The notes under the pieces: generated by a model
Told to the model about the DNA's origin: nothing
What the model saw: only the letters and a program-made list of their open reading frames with translations
Database searches by the model: none
Translations under genes and position numbers: made by a program
Part shown: in pieces, positions 48,537 to 61,978 of the stretch
Position numbering within the stretch: the first letter of the stretch is position 1
How the letters are laid out: each line of letters starts with the position of its first letter
Origin: Heptranchias perlo
Taxonomy: Eukaryota
Assembly: GCF_035084215.1 (NCBI RefSeq)
Contig: NC_090341.1
Coordinates: 15,810,001-15,874,000 of the forward strand
Direction of reading: 5' to 3'
DNA: 64,000 nucleotides

Positions 48537-50298
48537 CACTGAAATAATAACATTGTGCCTCTAAGGTTGCCTCAGAAAGCTAGTATCTGTCCAGTCTGCT
48601 GCCTATTGAAATGTAGATAGAAAGAAAAGAAAGAACTTGCATCATCCAGATGTTCCAATGCCCTTCACAGCCCATGAATTTTTGAAGTGTAGTCACTGTT
48701 GTAATGTGGGGAAACAATTATGTATTTAAATGGAAGGCCAATTTAAATGTGAGCCATTGTTTACATGCGGAAGACCTAATTTCAATAATGTATTCACACC
48801 ACACTTAATGGAAATACAATGTTCCCAAACAATTATTTTTTTGCACGATTGCACAAATGCAATGTCCTATTCAGTTTATAAGTTATCACAGTTCTAAGTT
48901 TCTGATAGTTATTGTCTAGAACCCATCCACTCCTAAATGTACAAACTCATGTTGAGGTCCAGTTCCACTCATTCTGGCATGTCTCCAGTACATCACCCAC
49001 GTGGCTTTTTTTCATGTGTAGGACTTGATTGTGGGTGTTGAACATTGTCTGACTAATTAACCAGAAAGAACATCACAGCTGAGCTCAGTACACTCAGAGG
49101 CACATTCCTGGCTGATTTTCTTTATTTGTCCCTAGTCCAGGGGTGCTGAGGCCAATTGTAGCAAATCCTGCCCCTCCCCACCTTGGACAGCACAATTGCT
49201 GGGCTCCTCTTTGAAATTAGTATGAATCCAACATTGCTATTTTACAGATCAACATCTCTAATTTCTAGGCCAGAATCTCAACTTTTTAATCTTATCAAGA
49301 TTAAACATTACTTCAAGCAATCAGACTCATCAGCCACTTGTCACCAAGGTTGGAGTTTGTGCTGGAGTTACTTGTCCAAATAAGTCCACGGATTCGAAAG
49401 GGCCGAATGGCCTCCTTCCATGCTGTAACCATTCTCTGATTCTAATTTTAGCATAAAGAATGAATATTTAATGTGTTATTGCTAATATATTTGGCTCCTG
49501 AGCTTCCACTGGATCTTTGCTTATTTTTAAGATCAATAGTTCAGCCATTTGTTGGGCCTTTTATATATTAACTCTACAGTGGTGGGTTTGCTGCAGCTTT
49601 ACCTACATTTGTAATATTCAGCATTATAATGTTGAGCTTCACTACAGAGTTGCAGCACTTAGAGTTTTGGAATGGCTTTGTAAAGATATGTTTTCATCCA
49701 GTGCAAGCTATACTGTTTCCTGCGCATGTGTCTGTCCTGTCCTTGTCCCTCATTCCCCCACCCACTCATTCCAGGAGAGCAATATTCAGTGTATAACAGC
49801 GTAACACCAATCCATGGACTCGCAGCATATGCAGGAAGTAACGGCAAACTGACTATAACTACCCTGGGTAGAACTTTGAAAGCTGTATTTCTTGACGTTT
49901 CCTCATCTGTTTGGTGAGTTTTCGTCCTCATCTAGTGGCACGTGATGGAGGGGTTGATGGACACAGCTAGGCTCCCGCAATCAGACCCGCACAATTCCCG
50001 CACCCAACTCTGTCCAATTTGTAGGTTGAGTCAAATGTTTTTTATAGGTTTGCAAGAAGATTTGTTAAATAATGGAGCTGGAACTGTAATCTTAAATGAA
50101 TTAGACTTAAAGTGAGGAAATGAGAGATGAGATTGACTTTTAGATCTGAAATTCACCAACTGTCTTATTCCATTACCCTCAGCAAAATGCTGAAAAATGA
50201 GGAGGTGTATCAAGGATTTCTGTTTTTGAAGCAAAAAAAGTGCTCCGTATTAGTATTGGAATAGATTGACAATCTTCTTCTTCCCTCCCCAATCGCAG

Positions 50299-50401
50299 AA
50301 AAACACATTCTTCATGGAGAAGAAACATATGCTGTCCTAAACCGGCTGGTTAATAATGGAAAGAAGCTCTTCCTTATAACCAACAGTCCCTTCAACTTTG
50401 T
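50299..50401 (+). CDS. NT5DC2: NT5DC2 exon 8 (HAD motif II LITNS)
   Basis: cgcag acceptor; (E)[33 protein letters not shown](V); donor GTACGT. Confidence 0.95.
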
Positions 50402-52675
50402 GTACGTGGTAACTTTTGTCATCTGTGCTGTTTGTCATTTTCTTACCATAATCTTAAAGTTGGGTTTGAATGAAATCCTTCCGGGAGGGCATTACTGTCC
50501 TAGATACTGGGTTAGCTTCTCCTCTCTTTTATTGTGTGGTTTATAACATTCCAAAATCATATGGGAGTCTGTGACTAAGATATGCAATGACCATTGAATT
50601 AATGAGCTCCACATTGCATTTAGCAATTGTAAGTAATCAGTCCAAAAATAAATGGAAGCTGGATTCAATTGTAATATGTTGGGATGAGCCAGTGCCTTTC
50701 CTCCATGGTCCAGAAAGTGTGGCTCTATGCTGAGTAAAAGTGAGGCTTACAAAAAACCCAGCAGATCATAGTCACGTTAGTTTGCCATAATGTTTTAACA
50801 CTTATCTTCGCGTTTGGGTTGTATGTGCTGTGTTCTGTTCCAGCCTAGTACAGTAATAATTAATGGGGAAATGAAAGTGTACCTATCGGCAGCATCCCTG
50901 AGCGGCTTCATTATAAATAGCTAGAAAACAACTTCAAACCATAATAATTATGGTTTTGGGACTAGCTTAGTGGTATAAACTGGGCGACATGGACATGTTG
51001 GGCCGAAGGGCCTGTTTCCATGTTGTAAACTTCTATGATTCTATAATTCTAATTAAAAGGGGAATGAAAGTGTATTTTTTGTTCTAAGTGACTTTTTTTC
51101 CAATGGCAATGAAATCCCTGCCATGAATTCCCTCTGGTAGGAGCTCCCTCCCTGCGAGACTACTGCGATGGCATTAATTACGGGAATGCACCTGCATATT
51201 CTGGAGTTGGTCTATTGCAAGCAGAGGGGCTGTAACACCAGACTGGACTGAGAGTTGCTATGGAGCTGTCTGACCCAAGGAAATTACACCATAATCTGGG
51301 AAATTTTCACTTCTGGCCAGTAGCCAGGTCTCCTAGGGGTCAGTTGGCTTTGAGGTTGTACACTGGCTACTTATAATGAAGCCACTCAAGATACAGCCCT
51401 TGATATTATTAAAGTTTCCTAAAGAGGAGGAAGAAACACGCTACTCGAGGGTTGCTAATAGGTGATAAAATTGCCGTTTTTTTATAAAAACAGAAGAATA
51501 ACTTTCTTGTATAAAAGAGGCGTGCTTTAAACAATAAGAGCTCCCACTAGACGTTTGTTCACCTTTTAAGGGTAGTTTTTAAAAGGGGATGGTTGACTAA
51601 AATGTTATAGACTTATGAGCAACATTTATGAATGCAACTTAAGTGACCTATATAATGGGTCATCTTTTTATCGTAAAAATATGAAATATATGACTTGGAA
51701 ATATATCGCCGTTCCTTCATTGTCGCTGAGTCAAAATCCTGGAACTCCCTTCCTAACAGCACAGTGGGAGAACCGTCACCACACGGACTGCAGCGGTTCA
51801 AGAAGGCGGCTCACCACCACCTTCTCGAGGGCAATTCGGGATGGGCAATAAATGCTGGCCTTGCCAGCGACGCCCACATCCCGTGAACGAATAAAAAAAA
51901 AAATGAAAGAAGACCCTATCTTCTTTTCATTCTACTATCTAGAATGATCCAATTGAATGGTGGAACAGGCTGGAGGGGCTGAATGGCCTACTCCTGTTCC
52001 TTATGTTAGTATGTCTATGTTTTTGACATTGATTTAATTGGAATTCCTTGCTGGGGAACAAACCCTTTTTTTTGCCTGGTTGACATCAAAGGGTAGAATT
52101 TACAGATTTGTACTCCTGATGCAGAGCTTTGTAAGCCAGGATTCTACATTAGGAATTCTGGCAGGCCAGTATTTTGTAAAATTTTCATTCTTGAACAGAG
52201 AGGAAATCCTCCACGTCTGAATGTGCTCCCAGCACCTGAAACTCCATGGCAGGAGCACAACTTCCTAAAACTATCTTAAAGTCCAAAGATGTTCCATAAT
52301 GAGGCAAAGTGAATTGTGCAAAGTGAATGGCTGGGCCATTATTCAGTCAGAAAGGCTTGATTTTCATGTTGACCCATTCTTACTACTGTGACTCGTCCAA
52401 TGCAGTCGCAAATAAATGCAACTGCCGACCCTGACAAATTGAATTGAGAGACTGACCATGTGTCCAAAGGAGCTGCTAAAAGTGAGCCTTTTCAGAACTG
52501 CAATAGCATTACATAGAATTACATCGAATTTTACAGCACGGAAACAGGCCATTCGGCCCGACAGGTCTATGCTGGTATTTATGCTTCACATGAGCCTCCT
52601 CCCACCTTACTTAATGTCACTCTATCAACATATCCTTTTACTCCTTTATCCCTCATGTAATTATCTAGCTTCGTC

Positions 52676-53953
52676 TTAAATGGACAAGTGTGGATTAATA
52701 AAGGAAAGCCAGTACGGATTTGTTAAAGACAAATCATGTTTAACTAATTTGATTGAGTTTATTGATGAGGTAACAGAGAGGGTTGATGATGGCAATGCGT
52801 TGATATATACATGGACTTTCAAAAGGCGTTTGATAAAGTGCCACATTATAGGCTTGTCAGCAAAATTGAAACCCATGGAATAAAATGGGCAATGACAGCA
52901 TGGATACGAAATTGGCTAAGTGATAGGAAACAGAGAGTAGTGGTGAATGGTTGTTTTTCGGACTGGAAGAAGGTATACAGTGGTGTTCCTCAGGGGTCAG
53001 TGCTAGGACCACAGCTTTTTTTGATATATATTAATAACGTGGACTTGGATGTACAGGGCACAATTTCAAAATTTGCAGAAGACACAAAACTTGGAAGTGT
53101 AGTAAACAGTGAGGAGGATAGTAATAGACTTCAAGAGGACATAGACGGGCTGGTGGAATGGGCGGACACATGGCAGATGAAATCTAACGCAGAGAAGTGC
53201 GAAGTGATACATTTTGGCAGGAAGAATGAGGAGGGGCAATTCTAAAGGGGGTGCAGGAAAAGAGAGACCTGGGGGTATATGAGAACAAATCTTTAAAGGT
53301 GGCAGGACAGGTTGAGAAAGTGTACGGGTTCCTGGGCTTTATAAATAGAGGCATAAGAGTACAAAAGCAAGGAAGTTATGTTGAACCTTTATAAAATACT
53401 GGTCCAGCCACAACTGGAGTATTGTGTCCAATTCGGGGCACCGCACTTTAGGAAGGATGTGAAGACCTTGGAGAGGGTGCAGAAAAGATTTACTAGAATG
53501 GTTCCAGGGATGAGAAACTTTACTTACATGGATAGACTGGAGAAGCTTTTAGAGCAGAGAAGGTTGAGAGGAGATTTGATAGAAGTGTTCAAAATCATGA
53601 AGGATTTAGGTAAAGTAAATAAAGAGAAACTGTTTCCATTGGCGGAGGGGTCGAGAACCAGAGGACATAGATTTAAGGTGATTGGAAAAAGAACCAAAGG
53701 CTACATGAGGAGAAACATTTTTACGCATTGAGTAGTTCTGATCTGGGATGCGCTGCCTGAAAGGGTGGTTGAACCTGCTTCCATCATGGCTTTCAAAAAG
53801 GAACTGGATAAATACTTGAAGGGAAAAATTTGCAGGGCTATGGGGAAAGAGCCGAGGAATGGGACTAACTGGAATGCTCTTACAAAGAGCTGGCACTGGT
53901 TCGATGGGCCGAATGGCCTCGACTTCTGTAATGTAACATTCTATGATTCTATG
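52676..53953 (+). mobile_element. 5'-truncated CR1 nested in an opposite-strand CR1 3' end (52510-54045)
   Basis: RT ORFs 52811-53731; ttctatgattctatg tail. Confidence 0.85.
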
Positions 53954-54044
53954 CATCTATGCTTTTCGCCTCTACCACTCTGAGTAAAGAAGTTTCTCCT
54001 GAATTCCTTATCGGATTTTTTAATGACTATCTTATATTTGTGTC

Positions 54045-54440
54045 CAAAAGCAAAATACTGCGGATGCTGGAAATCTGAAATAAAAACAGGAAATGCTGGA
54101 AATACTCAGCAGGTTAGGCTGACAAGAGGGATGATGGTGCAAGGCAAAGGGGGTGGTAATGGGACAAGTAATGAAATAAAAGATGGGTCTAGAGGAGCTG
54201 TAAATGGCAACAGCAGAACCAATACCAATACCTGCTTAAAAAAAATGGGAGCAGTGGTTATGATCTGAAGTTGCACCCTAAGCTTTCAATCGCTTGCCAT
54301 TTTAATTCTCCGTCCCACTCCCACTCTGACCTCTCTGTCCTCGGCCTCCTACACTGTTCCTATGAAGCTCAACAGAAGCTCGAGGACCAACACCTCATCT
54401 TTCGATTAGGCACTTTACAACCTTCCGGACTCAACATTGA
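54045..54440. mobile_element. PLE family B rearranged fragment
   Basis: Tail caaaagcaaaatactgcggatgctggaaatctg (- strand) joined to + strand GIY-YIG C-terminus HFNSPSHSHSDLSVLGL...LEDQHLIFRLGTLQPSGLN. Confidence 0.8.
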
Positions 54441-55484
54441 CCATTTTCTCGGACAACAGGTGCTGGTAATGGTATTCAAATGAACCCCAGTGCATTGTTC
54501 GCACTTTTTATGACTTTGTTAATCTTTGATCCTAATGATCAACAGTGGTGTAAACACACTTTATCCTCACTCTGTAAACACAGTCTTTGGGGAGCTAAGC
54601 ATTTTGGGTATTTAACAAAAGTGCAAGCGATAGTGAATATCTCAGAATGCAACATAAAATATAACCTAAAGAAACTGAGAGCCAAGATTCGCTCTCTTTT
54701 GCATTAGAGAAGTGGCAGCATCCTAAAGGCGGTAACATATTTAAATTAAAAGGAAATCATTTGGAGTTGGAGGTTTTCTTTATACCTTGCTCCTTATTTT
54801 TTGAAGCACTCAGCATTACGCAGAATATCCCTTATATATCCAAATTATAGCAAATGTTTTGCTTGCTTATCTCAGTTACAAAACAATCTGATTTTAAAGA
54901 TTTTATCCATCTGGTACTAAGTACAAGTATAACTGTACCTTTAATTTCATGAGCCTTGCTGTCAGTTGTGTTGATTTTCTTTCCAAGTATGAAGTAATAA
55001 ATTGACCCTCTTTGACAGGATTGCTTTAAAGTCTGTCCATCACTCCAGTTGTAATAAATCCTTCATACTACATGTGTGGTCTATGAATTGTGAAGTTTTT
55101 TTTGTATCTCTGCACCATTGACGTCACATAAATTAATTTTAAAATTATGTAAACGCAACCTGACAGGGCCGGCAGTGATAAACTAGTAAGTCACGAGTAG
55201 AGATATCAGGCCAGCCTAACTTGTGAAAGTATTTGTCATATTTCACTGCTGGGTATGACTTGTCCCTTCATACAAACTACAAATCTAAACCAAATCACCA
55301 GTCAGCTGCAAAGAAACTTTGAAAATAGGCAGACCTTTGTTGCTAGACTATGTATAGTACATGTTACCAAAAGTCCACAGTCCATTAAGATTGATACGTT
55401 TTTGAGAAAAAAGCACATCCTAAGTGCACTAATGTGGTAATGTATTTACACAATCTTCTTCACGTACCCTCTCTTTTTTTACAG

Positions 55485-55586
55485 TGATAAAGGAATGAAA
55501 TACATGGCGGGAAAGGACTGGCGGGATCTTTTTGACTTGGTGATCGTCCAAGCTGACAAGCCGACCTTTTTTACGGATAAGCGCAA
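55485..55586 (+). CDS. NT5DC2: NT5DC2 exon 9 (HAD motif III K)
   Basis: tacag acceptor; [33 protein letters not shown](K); donor GTAAGT. Confidence 0.95.
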
Positions 55587-56083
55587 GTAAGTGGTGTTGT
55601 AAGCGTTTGAAGTGGAGCATATCCTTAACTATTCTGTTCACTTTAGTTTGGCTACAATATGTATTCTACATGTTGTAGAAAACCATTCAACGCTGTCAGA
55701 TAGAAAACATAACCAATTTTAAATAACTATAAACTGTAACTCTTCTGGACTAATGTGATTTTCAATGAAGAAAAATATCTAGAAGCATATGTAAAGTACA
55801 GACTCATCCCAGGATCTCTTTATGGTAAAAGCCAAGAGCACAGAGAGGCAAACATAGAAAGGGTCAAGCAAACCTTCTTTGGAAAGCTGATCAGAAGGAA
55901 AATAGTATTTTCCCAAATTAAGAGCACAAAGTAAATATATGGAATTGCATTTTCTGTGTAACTATGCCTGGCTACTTGGCATCTAATGACAGAGATTAAG
56001 TCTGTCTGGGTTGCAATTTTTCTGCAGTTTCATCCTCGGACTGTCTAATTACTGGCTGGGTAATGATTGTTTTCTTTTGTCAG

Positions 56084-56165
56084 GCCTTTCAGAAGACTGG
56101 ATGACACGGGTGCACTGCAGTGGGACAAAATCAACAAACTAGAGAAGGGCAAGATGTATAAACAG
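56084..56165 (+). CDS. NT5DC2: NT5DC2 exon 10
   Basis: gtcag acceptor; [27 protein letters not shown]; donor GTCAGA. Confidence 0.95.
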
Positions 56166-57184
56166 GTCAGAACAATTGGTCCGTGTTTAGTGCTACAGTG
56201 TGTTTTCCAACATTCCCTTGATCTGTATTGCATTGCTGGGATCATATTCTCTGATGTTTACTAATGTTGGTCAGCATGAAGTGGGAAACCTGCCTTATAC
56301 TCAAGCTGACTTTTTCGGTAGACTTCATAAATGGAGAAAAATATACGTCAAGGCTGTTTTTCTTCTTGTAAGTTGAACCGTAGACTAAAGCTGGAGAAAG
56401 ACTGGTCTTACCAACTATGTTTCTCTAACTGGTTATAGTTAAATTAATTACCCATGTTGAATATTTCAGTACTGCTCGAGCCAAGAGCGTGAGGCTAAAA
56501 AAAGATTTAAAGAAATCAAACTTTTCAGATTAGGGGTGGGATTTTTTAGGGTAGTTTGGCAGGGGGGGGGAGAGAAAGGAAAAACACTGCAGCGATAACA
56601 TTGGAGGCGATTGTTTTGGAAAATAAATAACTTTTAAAACATTTGATTGATTATACAGTTCACTGGATTTTTGTTGGGTTCATGCAGAAGTAAGAAAAAG
56701 TCAAAGAATAAGGACAATTTAAGTCTACCAATGTGTAAAGCAGTTCTGTTTGATTTCCTCCCCCACTTCAACTCTACTGAGTCTCCAATTGGCATTTCCC
56801 AAGCAGTGAGGAACAAATGATGGAGAGTCATTGCTGGACTTTCTTGGGCCTGATCAGGACCAGCTTTGAGTGGCATTGCTGGAGGCCTGGGAGGAAGGCA
56901 AGGGAAATACTTGGCCAGTTCCGAAGTGTACTGGCTCAGTACCTGCAGTTCAGCAGCCAAGATGAGAAGGGGTGTTAACCTGAAGCATTTTCCACTCTAC
57001 TTGCCCTCTGAGCAAAATCAGCTGGCCAACTTGCTCCCTGCTGGTGTGGGGAGCTTGCAAAATATATGGAAATAATTCCTTCTTATAGGAGATATCTTTA
57101 TATTCCCTCCCCATGGAGTTTCCAGCAGAAGGGAAACTTAGAATATCCCCTATAAGAAGGGCCGCTTTCTATATATTGTGTTTT

Positions 57185-57560
57185 CCAATTTTCTTCCACT
57201 TTCTCCCACCCTCTCCTGAAGATGCTGACTCTTGCAGGGGTAGAGTTCAAAGACAGCCCTCTCTCTGGCCCAAGTGGCCATTTTTGTGTGAGCCTAGACT
57301 GTGAGCTTCAGCAGGCTATTCAACAATGGAGGACATCACAGGTGAGATGGATCCTGTTCTCGCCCACTGTCCATACATATACACTTCAGAATGAGAATCC
57401 TTTGCCTCCTCCTCTTCCCTCTTTAGCTTGGGGACACAGAGGCCTATGCTGCCCCAGCTGAGATCAGCTAATTTAGCACCGACTGAGAATTCAACTTCAC
57501 GTGATCTGGTCTGTATGGTTTATTGCTAAACTGAGTGATGCCTTTAACCACAAGACCATC
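57185..57560 (-). mobile_element. AmnSINE2/Nin-like SINE (another partial copy at ~48960-49190)
   Basis: ccccagctgagatcagctaa core in reverse complement. Confidence 0.55.
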
Positions 57561-58549
57561 AGGGGAGTAATAAGGTGGACTTTTAATTTTTTTTCTATTA
57601 CCTAAATTGGCTGTGTCTGTGTAGTTTTATATTGACAGTACTCCCATCCACTCCCATACAACCCCCCTCCCCCCAACTCTTGCCTCCTTTTCATTTTTTT
57701 TCTGTGTGAATGTACAGCAGTAGGCAGCTTTGATGTGCAATACAATAGAATGATGAGCTGGCTGTATCCCAGTTTGGCTGACCTGGCTGCATCTCTCTGC
57801 TGTAAGCATATTCACCTCAGTGTAGTCCAAGCACAACAAGCTGAGTTCCGTCAAAAGCCACACGTATACATATACATATTAATGGCTGCTCAGATTTAAG
57901 CTATAATAATTTAACTGAAATGTGCTGTTTCTATTTCATTATGCAGCTTTTTTTATAGTTCAGTAGATTTGTATAATTTTTACGATAGCAATTTATTCAT
58001 TGATTTGTAATTCAGAGATCGTTGTCTTTGATGCTGTGATTCTCTGGGTACTTCAGCATAGTCCTTCTTCCTTGTTACCATGACAATATCCCTCTCATTC
58101 TAACAAACAAGCAAAACATGCTGAATGTTTTGTCCCATGCATCCACTGTGAAATTGAAATGCGACTCTGATGAAGATCAGTTGTATTTTCACTCACGTTA
58201 CTGCGGCTGTTCATGAAGTCAGTTTTCATGTTAAAACCAAATGTTACATAATTTCAGTCTTTTTTTGTGTGCATGGTAGCCTTCTGGGTTTCTGATCCCA
58301 GCTAACCGGCCACGGAGAAGCAGCAAGTAGCGAGGAGATGCTTCCCAGTTAGGAAGGGAAAAGTGGAGGATAAGTCCTTTTATGTACCTTATGAACTGAT
58401 TGCATGTCAGGAGACCGGAGAGGGTCATTTGTCCACCCATTGGCTGGTAACTAGTGTTCAGAGGAACTGAAAAGAAGGAACTAACTTAAGGGGGAAGTGG
58501 AAATAAAGTTTCAAGAAATCAGATACTGAAGGAAGTGATGTCTTTGAAG

Positions 58550-58862
58550 GTGTCAGCTGTGGCCCTCTCAGGTGGACGTAAAAGATCCCGTGGCACTATT
58601 TCGAAGAAGAGCAGGGGAGTTCTCCCTGGTGTCCTGGCCAATATTTATCCCTCAACCAACATCACTAAAACAGATTATCTGGTCATAATCGCCATAATCT
58701 CATTGCTGTTTGTGCGATCTTGCTGTGTACAAATTAGCTGCCGCGTTTCCCTACATTACAACAGTGACTACACTTCAAAGATACTTCATTGGCTGTAAAG
58801 CACTTTGGGACGTCCTGAGGTCATGAAAGACACTATATAAATGCAAGTCTTTCTTTGTCTTT
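58550..58862 (+). mobile_element. DeuSINE, 5'-truncated
   Basis: Well-preserved body and tail (aaaagatcccgtggcacta ... atgcaagtctttcttt). Confidence 0.8.
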
Positions 58863-59134
58863 CTTAGTATTAGTAAATGGATAGGTGACAATTCAGGTCC
58901 ACTACACTTTTTGAAATAACGAATTCCTTATTAGAGTCATTTCATAAACAAAAATAACTTCTTGGATGGCAGGCCTTAGACAATAATCATTAGCCTGCAG
59001 CAACCTCAATTAGCTATAGTTCTTTTCAGGGAAAATGTCATCATGGCTCAGGTGGCCTAAATAAGTACAAAGCACTATGAAAAGAAAAATAAGTAACATT
59101 TGAGATTAATTCGTAATTAAACGAAAATGATAAG

Positions 59135-59500
59135 TTTACCCAATGAGTAGCTGAGCTATACAAACAAGGGAGTTCCCAGGTTCGATCCCTGGTAAGTGTT
59201 GAGTTGGCAGATGTCAGCTAGGGTTGCAGGAAAGGTGCTAAAATTGGCCTCAGTATCCCTGGGCTTGGGGGTGGAAAATTGATCAGGGTTCCTGCACCTG
59301 ATCCTTATCCCACAACATCTGCTGGAAAGTGCATGTGTGTGGACATTGGGTGAGAACAAGATTGAATGTTGCTGTGATGCCCCTGTGGATGAATAGCAGG
59401 CACAAGAATAATGGCCAACTGTGCGCGGTGCCAGAAAGCATAGCACCTGTGGAAGTGTATTCCATCCAGGAGAGCAGAGAATAAAGTTGATGAGGGGAGA
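59135..59500 (+). mobile_element. AmnSINE2/Nin-like tRNA-headed SINE
   Basis: B box ggttcgatccc followed by the shared core. Confidence 0.6.
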
Positions 59501-61772
59501 ACATGTGAATAACTTTCTACTCAGTAATTGTTTCATATAATTTCTTTACAAACAGAAACTAAATCCATCAAAATTGGCTTTTTAGGAATAAACCATGGGA
59601 GTTCCTACACAAAAGGGAGACCGTTGGCTCATTGAGCCTGTGCAGCTTGCTCCTTTATGTAAGCACTGCTCACAATTAGCATGTAAATCACTTCAGTGCA
59701 ACGGTGAATTCCTTTTATGCAGAATGGGCAGCGCTTGGAAAATAGAGAGGTACAAAATATTTCTAAACAGTCAAACGCTGGTTTCTGGCTGTAAATTCTC
59801 ATCATTATGCATCAACCTTTGAACATAGAAGATGGAAACGTGACAAACGGAGAAGGGAGAAATTTGAAATACAACAGCGGACTGTATGAGATTCTAACTT
59901 TTAAACTTCAGTCTGCATGTTGCCATGTGGAAAAATGCATATGTGGAGGTAACTAGAAGGTTGTTATTCAGATGAAGGACTCTAATGGTGCCACAGAGTG
60001 TGAGAATGCAACAAAAGAAGGTTCTTAGTTACAGCAAGCTGTAGGATTGAATTACAGCCTTTAAGTCCTTTAAAAACATGTAGTATTTCTTGTCATATGC
60101 GCCAACTGACTTTGCAATGAAGCAAGGTATTAGGAACTGTGCCAACACAAGGGCGCTACTGCAGAAACTGGGTGCTTGGAGGGGAATGCTAATGACTGTT
60201 AGAGGCAGTGCCCTGATAGTGAGAACAAACCTCATCTTTGATTCACAGGACAGTATAATAATTAGTCTGGAGAATAATTGTGGACGTATTTCAAAATTTT
60301 ATCTGGTATAGTAGTCACTCATTGATTAGCTGCATCATCTTTTCAGTGTGTAAACTAGAACAAACATATCAGTTTTTAATCTCAGCTTCTATAACTTTTA
60401 TTGCTGGACCATGCTTTGTGAGGATTGGAACAGAACTTGTAGTCAGATGTATTTCTGGATACGTATACATAGTTTGACAATGTCATGACTCAGTCAGTTG
60501 GGGAGCGGCAATCTGGCTCTGTCAATAACCCTGTCATATTTTAAACATGACTCTCAGTGAAATGCAGATCTGCTTTCCACCAGTTGCCTCTCACTTGCAG
60601 TTTGCACTGCATTTGAAATTTAATGCAGCAACAATGACAACTGGATGTGTGCTTTACAACGTAAAGGATGTCTGTGCTTGGGAAGAGAATATCTTCCTCA
60701 TTTTTGCCATCCATTGTCAGATATAGCATGGGCTTAAGTGTATCAGTGTGAAATACCATTCCCTTGCTGTCAATTTCACACATGCCAACCGTCTGCATTT
60801 CACGTGAACAGTCAGCATTTTGGAGTTAGTATCTGCTTCTGTGTGTTTGCAGATGAAAATCGGCACTGCTTCCAGCTCCTACCTGATGCTGCTGTTCCAG
60901 GGGATGGAACTCTGCTGCACGTTGTGGATGGGATTTTTCACAGGAGTTTTGTGAGATCAGGAATTCCTGCCCATACCGTGCCACAATAGCAGCAGCATAA
61001 GGTAGGAACCAGGAGGGTAGAAAGGTGCCATCAACTCTGATAATTGTATGCATCCGATGAATGAAAACAGCTGGAATCTCTACTGACTGACAATAGACAG
61101 TGAACATATTCAATCTTACCACAATCTTCACCATTTGTCTGTTCAAATGACAAAACAGTTCTATAAGTAGCCTGAATGCGCTCACTGGGTGAGTGGTGCA
61201 ATGACAGGCTGCACTGATGGGCAATAAGATGTGAGAGTCTCCCCAGCTCAAGTTCCCAAAGTCAAGCAAAAGTCCTCTGCATAAGGCAATCCCATAAGAG
61301 TGACAAAGAAAAACCGAAAGAAGAGCAAACTCGCATTACTAATGCACACCCAGCTCCTGACCATTTACAGGGAGCGGCATTGGTGGGAATTAGGTGCATA
61401 AGACTGTAAGTAAATAACTTTAGGAACAGGACACAAAATAAGGTCAACACAAAAAACCATGGCATGTTAAAGAAAGGCACAACTTTTTCATATCACTAAG
61501 TCTGTTCAATTTCTGCAATGTAATTGACAGCTTCTTCGTTCTTTATAAGTATAATAACCTGTTAAAGTTGGCAGATTTTATTCCGTGCCTGTCGGACAAG
61601 GCCTGTGTTACCAGTAAGATTCTAAACTATGAGAAGAAAGATACTTGTAACACAAATTACTATGTAATTAAGTCTGTTTGACAAACCTTTAGCCCAGTTT
61701 ATGTTGCAGGTGTATATCTCTTTTGGCTTTGGAGCCTGAAGTGTTATATAAATTAATGCCAATGCAGGAAAG

Positions 61773-61978
61773 TGTAAGGAATCTTACAACACCAGGTTAT
61801 AGTCCAACAGTTTTATTTGAAAATCACAAGCTTTCGGAGCTTACCTCCTTCGTCAGGTGAGCGAAGGAGGTAAGCTCCGAAAGCTTGTGATTTTCAAATA
61901 AAACTGTTGGACTATAACCTGGTGTTGTAAGATTCCTTACATTTGTCCACCCCAGTCCATCACCGGCATCTCCACATC
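61773..61978. mobile_element. Hairpin element of a diverged PLE subfamily; intact hammerhead on - strand 61824-61860
   Basis: 80-bp arms (61773-61852 / 61862-61941), 37-nt tail ending CTCCACATC, TSD AATGCAGGAAAG; UCAC CUGACGA A GGAG-GUAAG-CUCC GAAA GCUU GUGA. Confidence 0.92.

Noticed and set aside
58167-58180. CTGATGAAG as another hammerhead (also 8174 and 59970)
   Set aside because: No convincing stem II followed by GAAA and stem I.
60826-61269. 147-aa - strand ORF as a nested gene
   Set aside because: No recognisable motif, non-ATG start, no supporting splice structure.
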